NCBI GenBank assembly: GCA_965637545.1
Contig: OZ281498.1
Coordinates: 8,432,001 to 8,496,000, forward strand
Direction of reading: 5' to 3'
DNA length: 64,000 nucleotides
Origin: Phallusia mammillata
Lineage: Eukaryota
The position numbers were made by a program, and so were the translations under genes. Under the pieces are notes generated by a model, which saw only the letters and a program-made list of their open reading frames with translations, was not told the DNA's origin and did no database searches. Positions 49,723 through 62,300 of the stretch are shown here, in pieces (the first letter of the stretch is position 1; every line of letters starts with the position of its first letter).

Positions 49723-51260
49723 ATGACTTCTGTAACTGATAACGGATTAAACTCCCAAGCGACCAAACAGCCTGAACGAAAGCGGGAACTAAGGTAAGTT
49801 TTATCGTACAACAACAAGTCGCTGACCCCCAAAAAATTAACTTGCCTACAAAATAAAATGATCTTGATCAGTATTTTTTTAATTCTTAAAAAGCTTCAAT
49901 GTTCAAAGCAACAAAAATAAGGCATGTTTGGACATATTACCCCCAAACAGTTCTTAGATGATCTGTATGACAATTGAATAAAGAACATATTTCCTGTTTT
50001 TATGCATATTATAATTACGGTCTATTCTATATGATTTTAACTAGTCAAAATTACAAATTTAAATATGAACAAAATTTAAATCTATTTTTGTTACCTTTCA
50101 AAATGTTTTTTTTTTCAACAATTATTATGTTTTTGTAAAACGTTTATTGCGTTACATGCTCTTTCTATGTTTTTTGCAGACCTCATTTAGTTATTGATAC
50201 TGAAAGTTTTAAGAAGGCGGTGAAAAACAATGAAGTATACGTAGTGGACGTCAGAAGAAAGGATGAAGTTGACGCGGGCCGAATAATGGCAAAACGATGG
50301 GTGCACGTTCCATTGCAGGAATTCGGTAATTCCATGGTGTTTTCGTAGATATAAAGCCCGTATCTTTTTTTTCGTATAAGCATCTCACCTTAATTTTTAG
50401 CTTTAAATTTACCAAGATTTTAAATAATAACCTTACTTTGAATCACCTATAAAATAAAATCTCGTTTTCAAAACACACCCAAAAAAACAGTTTTATCAGC
50501 TAATGGTTGTTTGTTTATTTTGACAACTGAATCTAGGAACCTAATGAATTAAATCAACTTAAAAATACATTAACGAACTGCAACGTCACATCTAGTTGAG
50601 GCATTAGAACTGAGTGAAGAAGCTTTTGAAGAAAAATATGGTGCTTCCAAACCGAGAAAAGATGCTAAGGACGTTATTCTTCAGTGCAGATCGGGAGTAC
50701 GTAGCACTACTGCATTATACTCTGCTATTGATCGAGGCTACAGCAAGTAAGTTTGGTAATGGACACGAATACTCAAATCGCAGTATTCCATGCCTATTAA
50801 AAGTGTCATACCGAATCAAGTTAGGCTCTCAAGAATACCGCATATGACGAATCAAAGGCAAGAAAAAGATCTAGCTTGCGGTGAGATTCGAACCCTCCAT
50901 GTGACCTTGTCGACATGCTGCACTGCCTTTGTCGACTTATCCAAAAACTCGATATTTGTATTCCATACAACCGATCTAAAATATAAACTAAGTGTAACGT
51001 TTCGATTGTCGGGTGGATTTGAAAATTAAGTTAAATGGCACTAACACTGCCCACCTAAACTTCTTTGCCTACATATGTATTGGCCCGGGTTAAAAAGGAC
51101 GTTATATACAGAAAGCCAGGCAAAATACGAAAATACATTATGCAATTAAACAGCCAAATTTTCTAGCTGTATCGTAAACAATAACATTTCTGATTGTTTT
51201 TGCAGTATTCGACACTATGCGGATGGCTGGATTGTGTGGAAGGAACAGACCGATTTATAG
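49723..51260 (+). CDS. Single-domain rhodanese/thiosulfate sulfurtransferase (TSTD1/TSTD3-like), short copy, 140 aa, 4 exons
   Basis: join(49723-49793,50180-50325,50596-50746,51206-51260), 423 nt, phases consistent. Motifs VVDVRRKDE..AGRI, active-site loop QCRSGVRS, RHYADGWIVW. Confidence 0.88.
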
Positions 51261-51708
51261 ATTGCGGACTGACGCAAAATTTTGACACAAATTGCTGCCA
51301 ATACTTGCGCTTATCGACATTCTAGCTAACGATTTTTTGCTCTGCTTTTTAGTTGTAGGCTAATCTTCCATTGTGTAGGCTATATTTGCTTGCTTACTGA
51401 TTTCTGTGCTTTGCATCATTTCAAATGCTCTTTGAAAAGTCGAGAAAAATTTTCTTCGTTTTTGAAACTGTTTTTTTTGTAAATCCGGGGTTTTAGCTAT
51501 CGTTGTTGTATTGTTACAATTAAAAATTCTAAATGAGGCGCCTGTAATTTCTGGTGCTGAGTCATTGTAGCTCAACATGTCAACAGTCACGTTTGCACAG
51601 AATGACGAAGCTAAAAAAATGTTGAGTCAGCATTTCTCCACTTCAAAAACACAAGGCAAGAAGTTTACAGGGCTATTGATTTAAGTCTTAGGCAGCTACA
51701 GTATTATT

Positions 51709-53270
51709 ATGGCTTCTACGAGTATTTACAGAAGACTTCCAGGCGTTTTGAGCCAACTTAAAAACGGTATGTAACTGTAAAAAGTCTTGGTGTGTGCTTC
51801 TGTATGTGTATTTGCTTTATTACTTTAATTAAGGATCACAGACAACGAGGGCAGTTATTCAAAGAAGTTTTATGGTCAAAGTGTCCCCTTTGGTCAATTG
51901 CACAACAAGAATATCTCTTACTTACTCTACTACCTCACAAAAGACAGTCCCACTTTTTACTCCACAAAGTCACAAGCTATTTTCACGTGGAAGTAATGAA
52001 AACGTTGAACTGCGGTAAGTCATCAAACCTCAGTATTTTGTGGGCATTGGACCTGTATATTAGTTTATTTGCAAAATCTGCAATGTGAAAAAGCCTTTCC
52101 AAAACGAACACACGAGTTGAGAACCTTTTGAATGCTGTGTGCGAGTTTACTTGTGTCAAAATGGTAATGACTTTACATGCTAACGTTTTTATGTGTATGT
52201 GACACTATGTGCCAGCTGATTTGAGGAACTATCTGAATACAGACAGATTTTTGCATGTATGACTTTAACAACTTGGCTTAATGACACAACAAGCAATGTA
52301 ATGTTGTTGACATGCCACAAAAGTTATTTATGTGCCAGGATTTGACTTGTAAAGCTTTTGTGGACTTGATGGTTGTTTTAATGCTGCTGATGGAATAAAC
52401 CTCTTATGATAAGCATATTGGTCAGTTTTAAACACTATGTAATGTCCAGATCTGGATTATTGCTTTTTATGAAAGAATTTTTTATTGCAGGGAAAATTTG
52501 ACAATTGATGCTTATGACTTTAAAAAAGCAGTGGAAAAAGATGAAGTCTATGTGGTTGATGTAAGGACCCCAGAAGAGTGTGCGGAGGGAAGAATCATGG
52601 CAAAACGCTGGGTGAATGTTCCTGTTCAAGAATTTGGTAAATTCTTTTCAAATTTGTGTGGACGTTTGCAGATAGTGATGAACCAAACTACTTGTTTGCT
52701 AAACATTTGTGATGTAAAATCATTTTAGGCTCAGAAAATTAAATTTATAGTGATTTTATTTTCAGGAGAGGCATTGAAACTAAGTGATGAGGCCTTTGAA
52801 GAAAAATACAAGTCATCTAAGCCACAAAAAGATGCAGAAGACATAATATTTCACTGCAGATCTGGTGTTCGCAGCACTATGGCTCTTTATGCAGCTATAG
52901 ACCAAGGTTATAGCAAGTAAGTTCATCACTGTACATACAACGAACCACAAGTATATTTTTCCGCAGTCATGAAAGCAAACGGTAAAATCTAGGGTTCTAA
53001 GCCAACAGCATGTTATAAGAATGCGTAGTAGTCTTACAATTTCATTTTCACAGGTATTTCGGTAGTTTTTTTTACTGTAACTGTCTGCTACCAAAACAAC
53101 AATTGTGCTTCCTAGCTGAAAGATTATTGCAAACAAAAAAATAAAGCTCGTTGCAACCACATTTTTATGATGTACACTGAACATCTGTGTTTACATTTTA
53201 CAGAGCCAGGCACTTTCCTGAAGGTTGGATTGGATGGGAAGCACATACTTACCCATTAAAAGATAACTAA
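51709..53270 (+). CDS. Single-domain rhodanese (TSTD3-like), long copy with putative mitochondrial presequence, 200 aa, 5 exons
   Basis: join(51709-51766,51834-52014,52491-52636,52766-52916,53204-53270), 603 nt. Core exons have the same lengths (146, 151) as in the short copy. Motifs VVDVRTPEE..EGRI, HCRSGVRS, RHFPEGWIGW. The N-terminal 75 aa or so are Ser/Thr/Arg-rich and poor in acidic residues. Confidence 0.88.
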
Positions 53271-53772
53271 ACTGCTAGGTACTTCCTACCTTATTCATGC
53301 TGCAGCATAAGCATTTTGTCAGTTACACTGGTATTGCTTCTATACTTTTTTCTGTTCATGTGCTTCCTGCTAAAGCTGATTATGCAATATCTTTAGGTGT
53401 TTCTATTTTATGCTGATATTTTTTGCACATTTTGTGCAGAGGACAGTGATTGTACAGTTGCAAAAACGAATGTATTGCAAAACTCATTACATGTTTTAGC
53501 CTTGCACTACTTTTTGTTCAGCATGTCTATTTGTGCTATTACAGTGTAATGTTTGGCTGTTTGTGCCAGGTTAGAACAATAAACTTGCCATGATGCAATG
53601 GGAATAAATGTGTGCTAATGTAGCTGTGATGCTTTGAGTGGAGTAACCATCATGTTTTGTGCAAACACAACAAAACATTAAAGTGTCTTTTTCTTTAACC
53701 CTCCAGCCTTTTCATGTTATTCCACTCTTCTGGAATCTAATAGCTGTGTTCTGAATCTGAAGAATTTTCCAC

Positions 53773-56700
53773 CTAGTACCAGTATGTTTTTCTTCTTGGT
53801 GGGTCTTTAATGTTGTACAAAGATTTCAATTCATCCTCCCAAAATTCCATGGTTGGTTTGTATGTGCGCTTGCATGCTTCTTCATAAGATGTGTCCTTGT
53901 CACCACAAACATAACTTTCCTTTTTTGTGCCATCATAAAGAATTTCTGGAGGCCTGGTATGGAAAAAAAAGTAGAAAAATTTATGTTAGTGATTGAACCA
54001 ACTCACTGGTGATGATACCACATTTTAGTTGGAGAGGTTATTTTGACTAGAATTTCCTATTCTAAACACATTTAGATATTAATAAAAGACCTTTTCAATA
54101 TTTGACAAGATGAATTTATTATTATCAATGTAACAAAAATGTAGGATGCAGGTTTAGGCATAATCCAACAGTGTGCACCATCAAAACAGTTAACCCACAG
54201 CATTGTTTAGGCCCAGGAAAACAGTCCCTTTAAAATGCATGCTGGTTCAGAAAATGGATAATTGTAGAAGTCAACGTTACCATTCAACCACATGTCCAGT
54301 ACGCAATGAAACACGAACTCGCTGGCCAGTCTCATTGACCCGAAATTCAACCTCCACAGGTTTTTTGTCTGTTGGATCCAACAAGCTGACCTGCATTTAA
54401 AAAATACTATTGTGGAAAAACTAAAACTGAATTTGTGTCTTATCCCATGATGGCTAAACTGTGCATCATGAAAGTCTAAATCATTAAAATTAAATGCAAA
54501 AATGTGTTCATAGACCCTCAAACGGTCTGTGAAGCAGTTCTAAGGAGTCTTTAAAAGTGAAAAAAAAACAGAACAAAATGGGTAATTTTTCCATAGACCG
54601 CTGATTTAGGACAAGAATACTTTTTGCACATTTGTGCGTACATCACAGAATAGTAGGGCAAATAGTAGGAATAGTAGGCCTTCCACTTACAATTGGTCCT
54701 TATTACTAAGTTTCATAACAACTTACTTCATGGTGTTGCAGTGGCTCTTCCCTTCTCCTTATTTCACCATCTGTAGAAAAAAAATCAGTGTGTTTGAACT
54801 TACTAACAGCTTTGTTTTTAGCTTACCTCTTTTTTCATACTTGGTGTTGAGGCCTCCAACAATTATAATGTTCCCTTGTGGCACCACCTGACAATAAAAT
54901 CATATATCACTTTACTTCTCTACTGGACAAAAATTTCAAACACTTAAAGTAAAAAAAGATTTTTTTGTTCGGCTAAGTGCCATACTGTAACTGTATCAAT
55001 GCACTACCGTAATGATATCAATTTAATTTTTTTTAAAGTACAATAGAGTGGTAACGACTCTATTATTGACAATGATGACTCAAAGACACATATTTTGTGT
55101 GACACTGACTGTTACATGGTATTTAAGACATTTTTGCCATGATTGTTAACCTTGAGTGAAACACCAATGATTGTGCATGTCAAAACAGGACAACACAGTC
55201 TAAAAATATATTCGACAAAAAAGTTAAGTTAACCTGAGTAACATCGCCTTGCTTTCCTTTGTCTTTTCCTTCTAGTATTTCTACCTTGTCTCCTACTTGG
55301 TATAACCATTCGTCTGGTGGAATAATCTTCTGCTTCCAAAAATTGTTTTTATACCAACCTACATGCTCAGCAGATAAGATTTTATGCTGTTCAATCGGAT
55401 GATAAGGAGATGTTGTGGACCATTTGTACCTACAAAGTTTTGGCAGGGTTAATATATAAACTGCAGGAAACATTTTTTTTTTGGTGTCCTTGCTGTTTTA
55501 CAAAACTGTTTACCATGGATATGCATAGAGAAGTGACAATGCAAATAAACAAACTTGACTGGGTGTAGTCAATGGCCAAATAATTAAAACACAGCAGAAA
55601 AATTGTACCATTTCTTTGTGGGTAGCCTATAAGCAGTAGTGATGGGACGGGTACCCGGTACTCGGTATCGAACGATTTCAGTGGTATCGATACTCGTACT
55701 CGGTATGGAAATATTTTGCCTCAGTTTTCATATTTGCTTCAGACAGCACAAAATTGGAAAAAAGTTCCGCCAGTTTACATATATCTTTTTCGCTATCACA
55801 TGGAGATTCCATTTTTCGGCATTTGTGTGTGCACGCCTGTACCCCGACCATGGCAGATAAATTAGGCAGTTATATACAACTAACTACAACACTACACCCA
55901 CTTATGGGGAGGCGGGGAGGCGCCGCCTCCCCGGGTATCTGCGTCGCTGACTACGTCATAAACAAGTTTTGCACTAATTTATGCACACACAGTTTTGTAG
56001 TAACTCTGTAGTCTGTACTACTGCACAGTCAACAACTGCCTAATTTGAACAGACAAACCTTTCTGAAAAATCAAACAACGCATATTGTTACGTCACAAAC
56101 GTATACTTGAAGTGTTATATGCAGGGTTGCCATACTGTTCTTATTTCTAAGATTTATCCTTATTTTGACTTGAGTCTATATTTTGTCTTATTTTTAACAA
56201 TTACAAGTCAAAACCCTGCTAAAAGTAAACCTAGACCTGGGCTGTTGTGAGATGCACTACGTGTTTTCTACAAGGAGTTGGAACAGATTGTTCCTGGCAA
56301 AAAGAAATATGACATGTGATATGTCAAGGCTCGTATAAATGCAAAGATTCAAAAACGTTTGTTTCGACATGAAAGTCCAATTTGTTCGTGTGTCCTTTGA
56401 CATGAAAGTCCAATTGTTCGTGTGTCGTTATTTCGAGTTCCATGTCGATGGCAACCCTGGTTATATGCAATGAACCATTGGATAAAAACATGCAAGACGT
56501 GTTTGCTAAAACTCGATCAGCAACATCGACACAAATTGACATCGTTTACAAAGGGGGTAGCCAATTTTTTTTTAAGGGTGACCCGCATAACATGAAAATG
56601 ACATTAGACGGCCACATCGCTTACAAGCACAAACGCAGCGCCGCTCCGCAATTGTGGTCTAAAAAGCGCTTTTGTGGGACCAGCAGGAGCTATACAATAT

Positions 56701-57831
56701 TATTAAGAGATAGCGCTACTGTCGAACTATAAAATTATGTGACATAAATTACTAACTTCTCATTTATGTCATCACAATTAACAAAGAAAGGCACCTGTAC
56801 ACACACAGTAATGAAAGCATTGATACTTTAAGTCTTGTCTATGATGTAACAAACTGTTTTTGGATCATTTTTATGCGTCCTGTGAAGTGTAAAACTAGGT
56901 AAACTTAAGACCACATGTTGTTGTGGGAACTCTTTGGTGGCAAATTAACTTTCAACGGTTGACTCGTTATTTTCCAAGATATATATTTAGAACAAAAACC
57001 TTCTTTGGTAATTCCTGATTTAAAATAAACTTAAATGCGTTACATGCAATTTCCTGTGTAAATAGAAAACATGGTTGAAACCAACCAAACGACCTAGAAA
57101 CGTAAGAAACGATTATTATAATGGCTTTTTAGACGCATGTGCGCCTTGTTGCGTAAAAATAAAACATGCTTTGTAATAACTGTTGCGGGGATGAAAAAAT
57201 GTATTACTGTATAGTTGGGTCGGCATCGGCTGCTAATGTTATGTATACTAGTACCGAAACACTGCAAAGGGTGTAATTTGTGACGTTAGGTGACGTCCGG
57301 GCTGAATATTTCCGTCTTTACCGAGTTATAAAATTCTGCCTCCCCGCCGATTTTAGCAAGTGGGCGCCTATGACTACACCTAAGCCTAAGTACTCGGTAT
57401 CGAAGGTATATACATGTGGTACTCGTACTCGGTATCGGTACTCGCTTCAAAACCTGGTATCGTCCCATCACTAATAAGCAGGTCCCAAAACAAATTTATC
57501 TGTACACGGGGAAAGAAAATTACATTAGAGCATTTCTTTTACTGGGGTTTAGAAAATTGTTGTCAATTGTTTTCCCCTGTAAAACAACATTACAAACCCC
57601 GTTGGCAGTTAGATACCAGATGTACATGAATTGTTTTTTTACAGATTGAACACAAACATGCAAAGTTGTGTTAAAAACACACAACACAACTTACCAATAT
57701 GGAGGTTCAACAAATGGTGACTGGTAATCTTTCCATTTGAGTGGCCCATATTTTATTAAACTTCCATATTTTGGCGGCGCATCCCAAGGTCTCCACCACC
57801 CGCGTTTAAACAAAGTTCTTGTTAATCTCAT
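53773..57831 (-). CDS. MRPL24: Mitochondrial ribosomal protein L24 (uL24m), 242 aa, 6 exons
   Basis: Exons (minus): 57695-57831, 55234-55429, 54827-54887, 54727-54770, 54281-54390, 53773-53953; 729 nt. KOW region GDKVEILEGKDKGKQGDVTQV, VGGLNT, VSLLDPTDKKP.EVEFR...GQRVRVS.RTG, C-terminal KTYWY. Confidence 0.95.
55637..57473. mobile_element. Non-autonomous hAT element family B (TAGTGATGGG...CCCATCACTA), 1837 bp, in MRPL24 intron 1
   Basis: TIR TAGTGATGGGACG; GTACTCGGTATC subterminal arrays; perfect TSD ATAAGCAG (55629-55636 and 57474-57481). Confidence 0.92.
56122..56459. mobile_element. hAT MITE family A nested in the family B element, 338 bp
   Basis: Perfect TIR CAGGGTTGCCA; perfect TSD GTTATATG. 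Confidence 0.92.
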
Positions 57832-57915
57832 TTTGTGCACGTTCAGCTTTTAATTTCAGAAAAACATCTAAAGTAGAATTGCTTGCCAATTTTGGTACAT
57901 TAACCCAACTATAGG

Positions 57916-58553
57916 CAGGGTTGCTATACCGTTCTTATTTGTAAGATTTGTCGTTATTTTAAAAAGTAATGTCTTAGAAAAAAATATTGTCTATATTTAT
58001 AAGAAATTAGTTTTGGGACAAGTACCCGGTACTCGGTATCGAACGATTTTAGTGGCATCGATATTCGGTTTTGAAATATTTTATCTCAGTTTTTGTACAC
58101 CGGCCATGGCAGATAAGTTAGCCAGTGATACACAACTACAACACTAAGTACAACACTGTTTTTAAGTACTCGGTATATATATACATGTGATACTCGTACT
58201 TGGTATCGGTACTCGCTTCAAAACATGGTATCGCCCCATCACTATAAGAAATGTCCTTGTTTTTGACTTCAGTCCTTAGTTTGTCTGATTTTCAACAATT
58301 ACAAGAAACAAATCTAATAAAATGACGTCAAATCCCTGCTACAGGTAGAACTAAACCTAGACCTGAGTGTCGTAACATGCACAAAGTATTTTCTATGAAC
58401 AAGAAGTTGCTTTAACAGATTGTTTAGGGCAAAAAATATGAAACATGGTATTTAAAGATTTGTTCAAAAAACGTTTGTTTCGTTCGTATGAAAATTTAAT
58501 TTTGGGGTTGTCCTCATTTTTTGAGTGCATGTCGATGGCAATTGGCAACCCTA
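57916..58553. mobile_element. hAT MITE family A just upstream of MRPL24, hosting a family B copy
   Basis: Ends CAGGGTTGCTA / TGGCAACCCTA; perfect TSD ACTATAGG (57908-57915 and 58554-58561). Confidence 0.9.
58008..58244. mobile_element. Short family B hAT MITE nested in family A, 237 bp
   Basis: Ends TAGTTTTGGGAC / GCCCCATCACTA; perfect TSD TAAGAAAT (58000-58007 and 58245-58252); deletion derivative of 55637-57473. Confidence 0.9.
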
Positions 58554-59334
58554 ACTATAGGTCTATAAATTATGCAAACAAGCTTTAAATACTTGCCTTG
58601 CCTGAACCTAGCAATTTCGTTGCTATACAAACAATCAAGTCTTGAATTTGTCGTATCTTTTTTTTTCGTCTTGTTCTGCGATTTTATTGGAACAAAGTAT
58701 AAGATTGTTTAACTTTTACCTCACGTGCAAAATACCTTATAATTTGTCGCTACTAATCATTTTTTAATTTGTTTTCAAACCTTAAAGGCAAAAGTTTTCG
58801 ATTTAGCTTGTGCGCAATCATGCGTCACAAGAAGTTTAGTCATGGAAATCATAATTTTCTGCCTGATTTTTTCGATTTTTTATTGTTGCTCCCGTTTTAA
58901 TTTAAATATCAAGTTTTATTTTTTTTTGCGCAACCGCTTGTTAAGGATATTCAATTGTTGTTTTAGAACGAACACTGTGGTTTGTGTAATCAAGTCATAT
59001 TTCTCAAGGACTGAAAAAACAATACGAATGTATACATCCACTATTTATTTTGTTAGTACGACATTGTACAAAGTTGTGTTTAGCATCGATACACCAGCAA
59101 AAACAAACAAAGTCCAAATCTGCCAAGCATGTGTGGCAAATCGGCAACGTACACTTCCAAACTAATTGCATCTACTTTGGATACCATGAAAAACAGTTAA
59201 ATTGACTCTAAAGTTTATCGTAACTTATAGTAAGATCGGACAATATTTACACACATGCGTTGAAATCTACGAAAGCTCTATAGTGGTTGAATACGGGTAT
59301 AGGAGTTTTATAATACATTCTAGCATTGTGTTTA

Positions 59335-62300
59335 TTAAATCATTGGGACACAAGCACTGGGAATGTAGACATCAGTGAGCTGAACATCCAATTTTGTTCC
59401 CACCTCAGTGATCACAACGGCTTTCTGGGGAGCATAGCTTTGTTGGCACCTAAAGCAGTGAATCGTTAATCACGATTCTACATCATATGCAGATAAAATT
59501 TTCATGAAATATGGGCGTGCTAGTGTATAAGTTGAAGTTGAGTTCTCTTTGTAAAAAAAAGAATAATGGTTGTGCAATGTCGAAAGTTTGGAACGCTATG
59601 GAGCGCAATCAGTTTAGGCCTACCATATTTCTATCCCTAAGAAGGAGGACACAGCAATCGGGCAATATCTTGTTTTTTTGCAACACATTGTTGAAAAGAA
59701 CATGTAAAAACCCTTTGAGTCCCACAAAAATTTAAAGGCTTCAGAAATTAGACGGCATACAATAGTTTGGATAAACTTTCGTTTATCACACCACAACACT
59801 AAAATAAGCTTGTATTTTTTTAAAATGTAAAAACTGAATTCTTCAAAAAATAAAAATATGTAAAAATATGGGGAATATGTATAAAGGCATAATTGTCACA
59901 TATGTATTTGATAAATCAGACATTCCTTAAAAAGGAGGACATTTGGGCCCTTTTTATTGTCCTCGGAGGACAACTTGTTTTTCGTCTAAAAGGAGGACAT
60001 GTCCTCCAAAAAGAGGACGTATGGTAGGCCTAAATTAGTTGGACACAATTTGCGAGGCACTATGTGTGTAATCTTGAAAGAGGAGACGTTACTGGGACCA
60101 GTCGAAGGGGCCAAAAAAACTAACCGCCTGGGTTAGGGCTGTACTACGTTTCGCAATCCCATTTAAGTTTTGTTTATAAGTAAGGCAGCTCTGTACAAAT
60201 ATTTCAACTTTTAGAGAGAAGTGCTTAGAAAATGACAGTTAGTTATAACCTGTAGGCCAATGCTTATGCAATTATTTTCAAATATGTCATGTCACACAAT
60301 ATTTTATTAAGATTTCTGTGTTAGTTTCAATGAGTACGACGGCTATAGTTGTCCATTTCTTGTGAAGCTCCAACCTGTCATGTTCAAAATTAGACTATAT
60401 CTGTAAGCTTACCGCATGGCCTCAAAACGGCTCAAGATACACCCAGTGCCCAACACTGTAGTAAGTAATCTCACAAAAACTCATACAGACCCTATTGTTA
60501 AGTTCAATCGACAGAAATTTTACAAAGGTGTTTTCATATTTTGTGTTTACCCGAGCCTGGAGCCCGTGCAAGTGTCTGTGTTGCTGCATCGGACTTCAGT
60601 AAACCACTGGAAGCGTCCATCGTAGTGAAACAATTCGACCTCCTCGTCCGAATATGCATAACGCCTTGCCTTGGTGAGATAAGTCACCGCCTCAACTTCG
60701 TCGCACAACGGTTCAGCTCCTGTAGAAAATCAATTCGAGATATAAAGTGACACACTATATTTATATATATCAGTTTACATTATATCAGTTTTGAACGGTA
60801 ATTGCATTAATACAGCACAAATGCATCAAAAAAGCTTTTTGATTGCTAAGACGTTATATCTCAGTTACATGCTCATTTTAGTGTTGTTTTGTATGCTATT
60901 ATATGTATCAATCATAGTACACCAAGCGTCATACCGAATCAGCCGGTCACCAAGTGAAATGTAGATGAGCATTTTTGATCATATTATTGCATTTGTGTTT
61001 GAAAATCATAATGTCGACGTAAGATCGGAAAAATGTTCTAGGGCAAACAAAGATGAGAAACACTGGTAATTGCATTATCGTTTTTTCCCGTGACGTCTTA
61101 GTTTATATTTTAGTGTTTTGAAAAGTAGGTAATTAAAATTTATCTATTTTTCTTACGGGGAACGATATAAAAAAAGGTTGAGAACCACTGCACTAATCTA
61201 TAATATATAGAATTTTTAACAGTACCTGAGGAATGGTCTCGGCGCAACCTCCTGCTTTTTAGCAAAAGATTTATGTCGAATCGGAAACCCGGGCTACTCA
61301 GTCTTTCCCTTATGAGTTCTGCTTCGGCGCTTGGAACATCATTTCTCAACTCCCCAAACGGGTTGACGGGTCGGTTTTCAAAATCGCTTGGGAAAGAAGA
61401 TTCGAAGTGACTTTCACCAAGTTCAATGGTGACGTTACAATCTACTGGCACATCAGCTGGTGTTTGGAGGAACCATCTAAAGGAGAAATAGACTTCTATT
61501 GTGTTACCACAATTTTAGGTACCAGTCGTATTCAGGTTTCAAACGTATATCGGTCAAGGAATGAACTGGTCAAAAGTTGTAAGTCGTTCAGGCTAGGGCT
61601 TGATTTTTAACAAAAGGGGTTTGATTCGGCCTGACTACACACTCGGGATTAATTTTGTCGCATTTAAGTCAGCTTTGGAGTCGGATTTGGTATGTTGTTT
61701 TTTAATCTGGCTCGGTCCAGGTTTTGGGCCAAGACTATAGTCTTTATAACATTGGGCCGGGTTGGGACCTAATCTCAGCCCCGCATGGTCGTCACAGTAA
61801 AGTTTCGAATCGTATGAAACTGGTCAACAACCCGCTGAAAGATCTGATTTTTGATTTGACTGGATGGAGAACAAGGAATCTTTATACTTTCCTAAACTTT
61901 TTATGCAGCAATAAGACTTGTTATAATAAGTTCTGAAAAACTGGGCCCCAGAAAATGTCGACATTTCTAAATTTTCTTCCAGTCCCCCATATAATGTTAT
62001 AAATGTCTAATCATTGGAAACCATTTAGGGAAAGTTTGTGTTAAGGGGCAAAATCTCAAAACAAGCCGCCGATGAACACGGTATCTATATATTAAAACAA
62101 GACAAAAGATGGATAAATCGTTGAATGAGACCTCAATGGCCTTTCCATTAAACATCACTATGCGTATACCTGTGTAGGATTCGTCTTAACTTGGAAACAC
62201 AAGCATCATGTATTTACTTTATATGACAGCAGTCTTGTAAAGCAATCCACTTCTTTGGAGACTTACGTGTATGTTTTGAGGACGCCTTCACCTTTTTTGC

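Noticed and set aside
50800-50960. B-box-like GAGATTCGAACC suggesting a tRNA gene
   Set aside because: No cloverleaf and no clear A box; at most a decayed SINE fragment.
52813-53184. 123-aa hydrophobic minus-strand ORF
   Set aside because: Antisense to a rhodanese exon and AT-rich intron; hydrophobicity is a composition effect.
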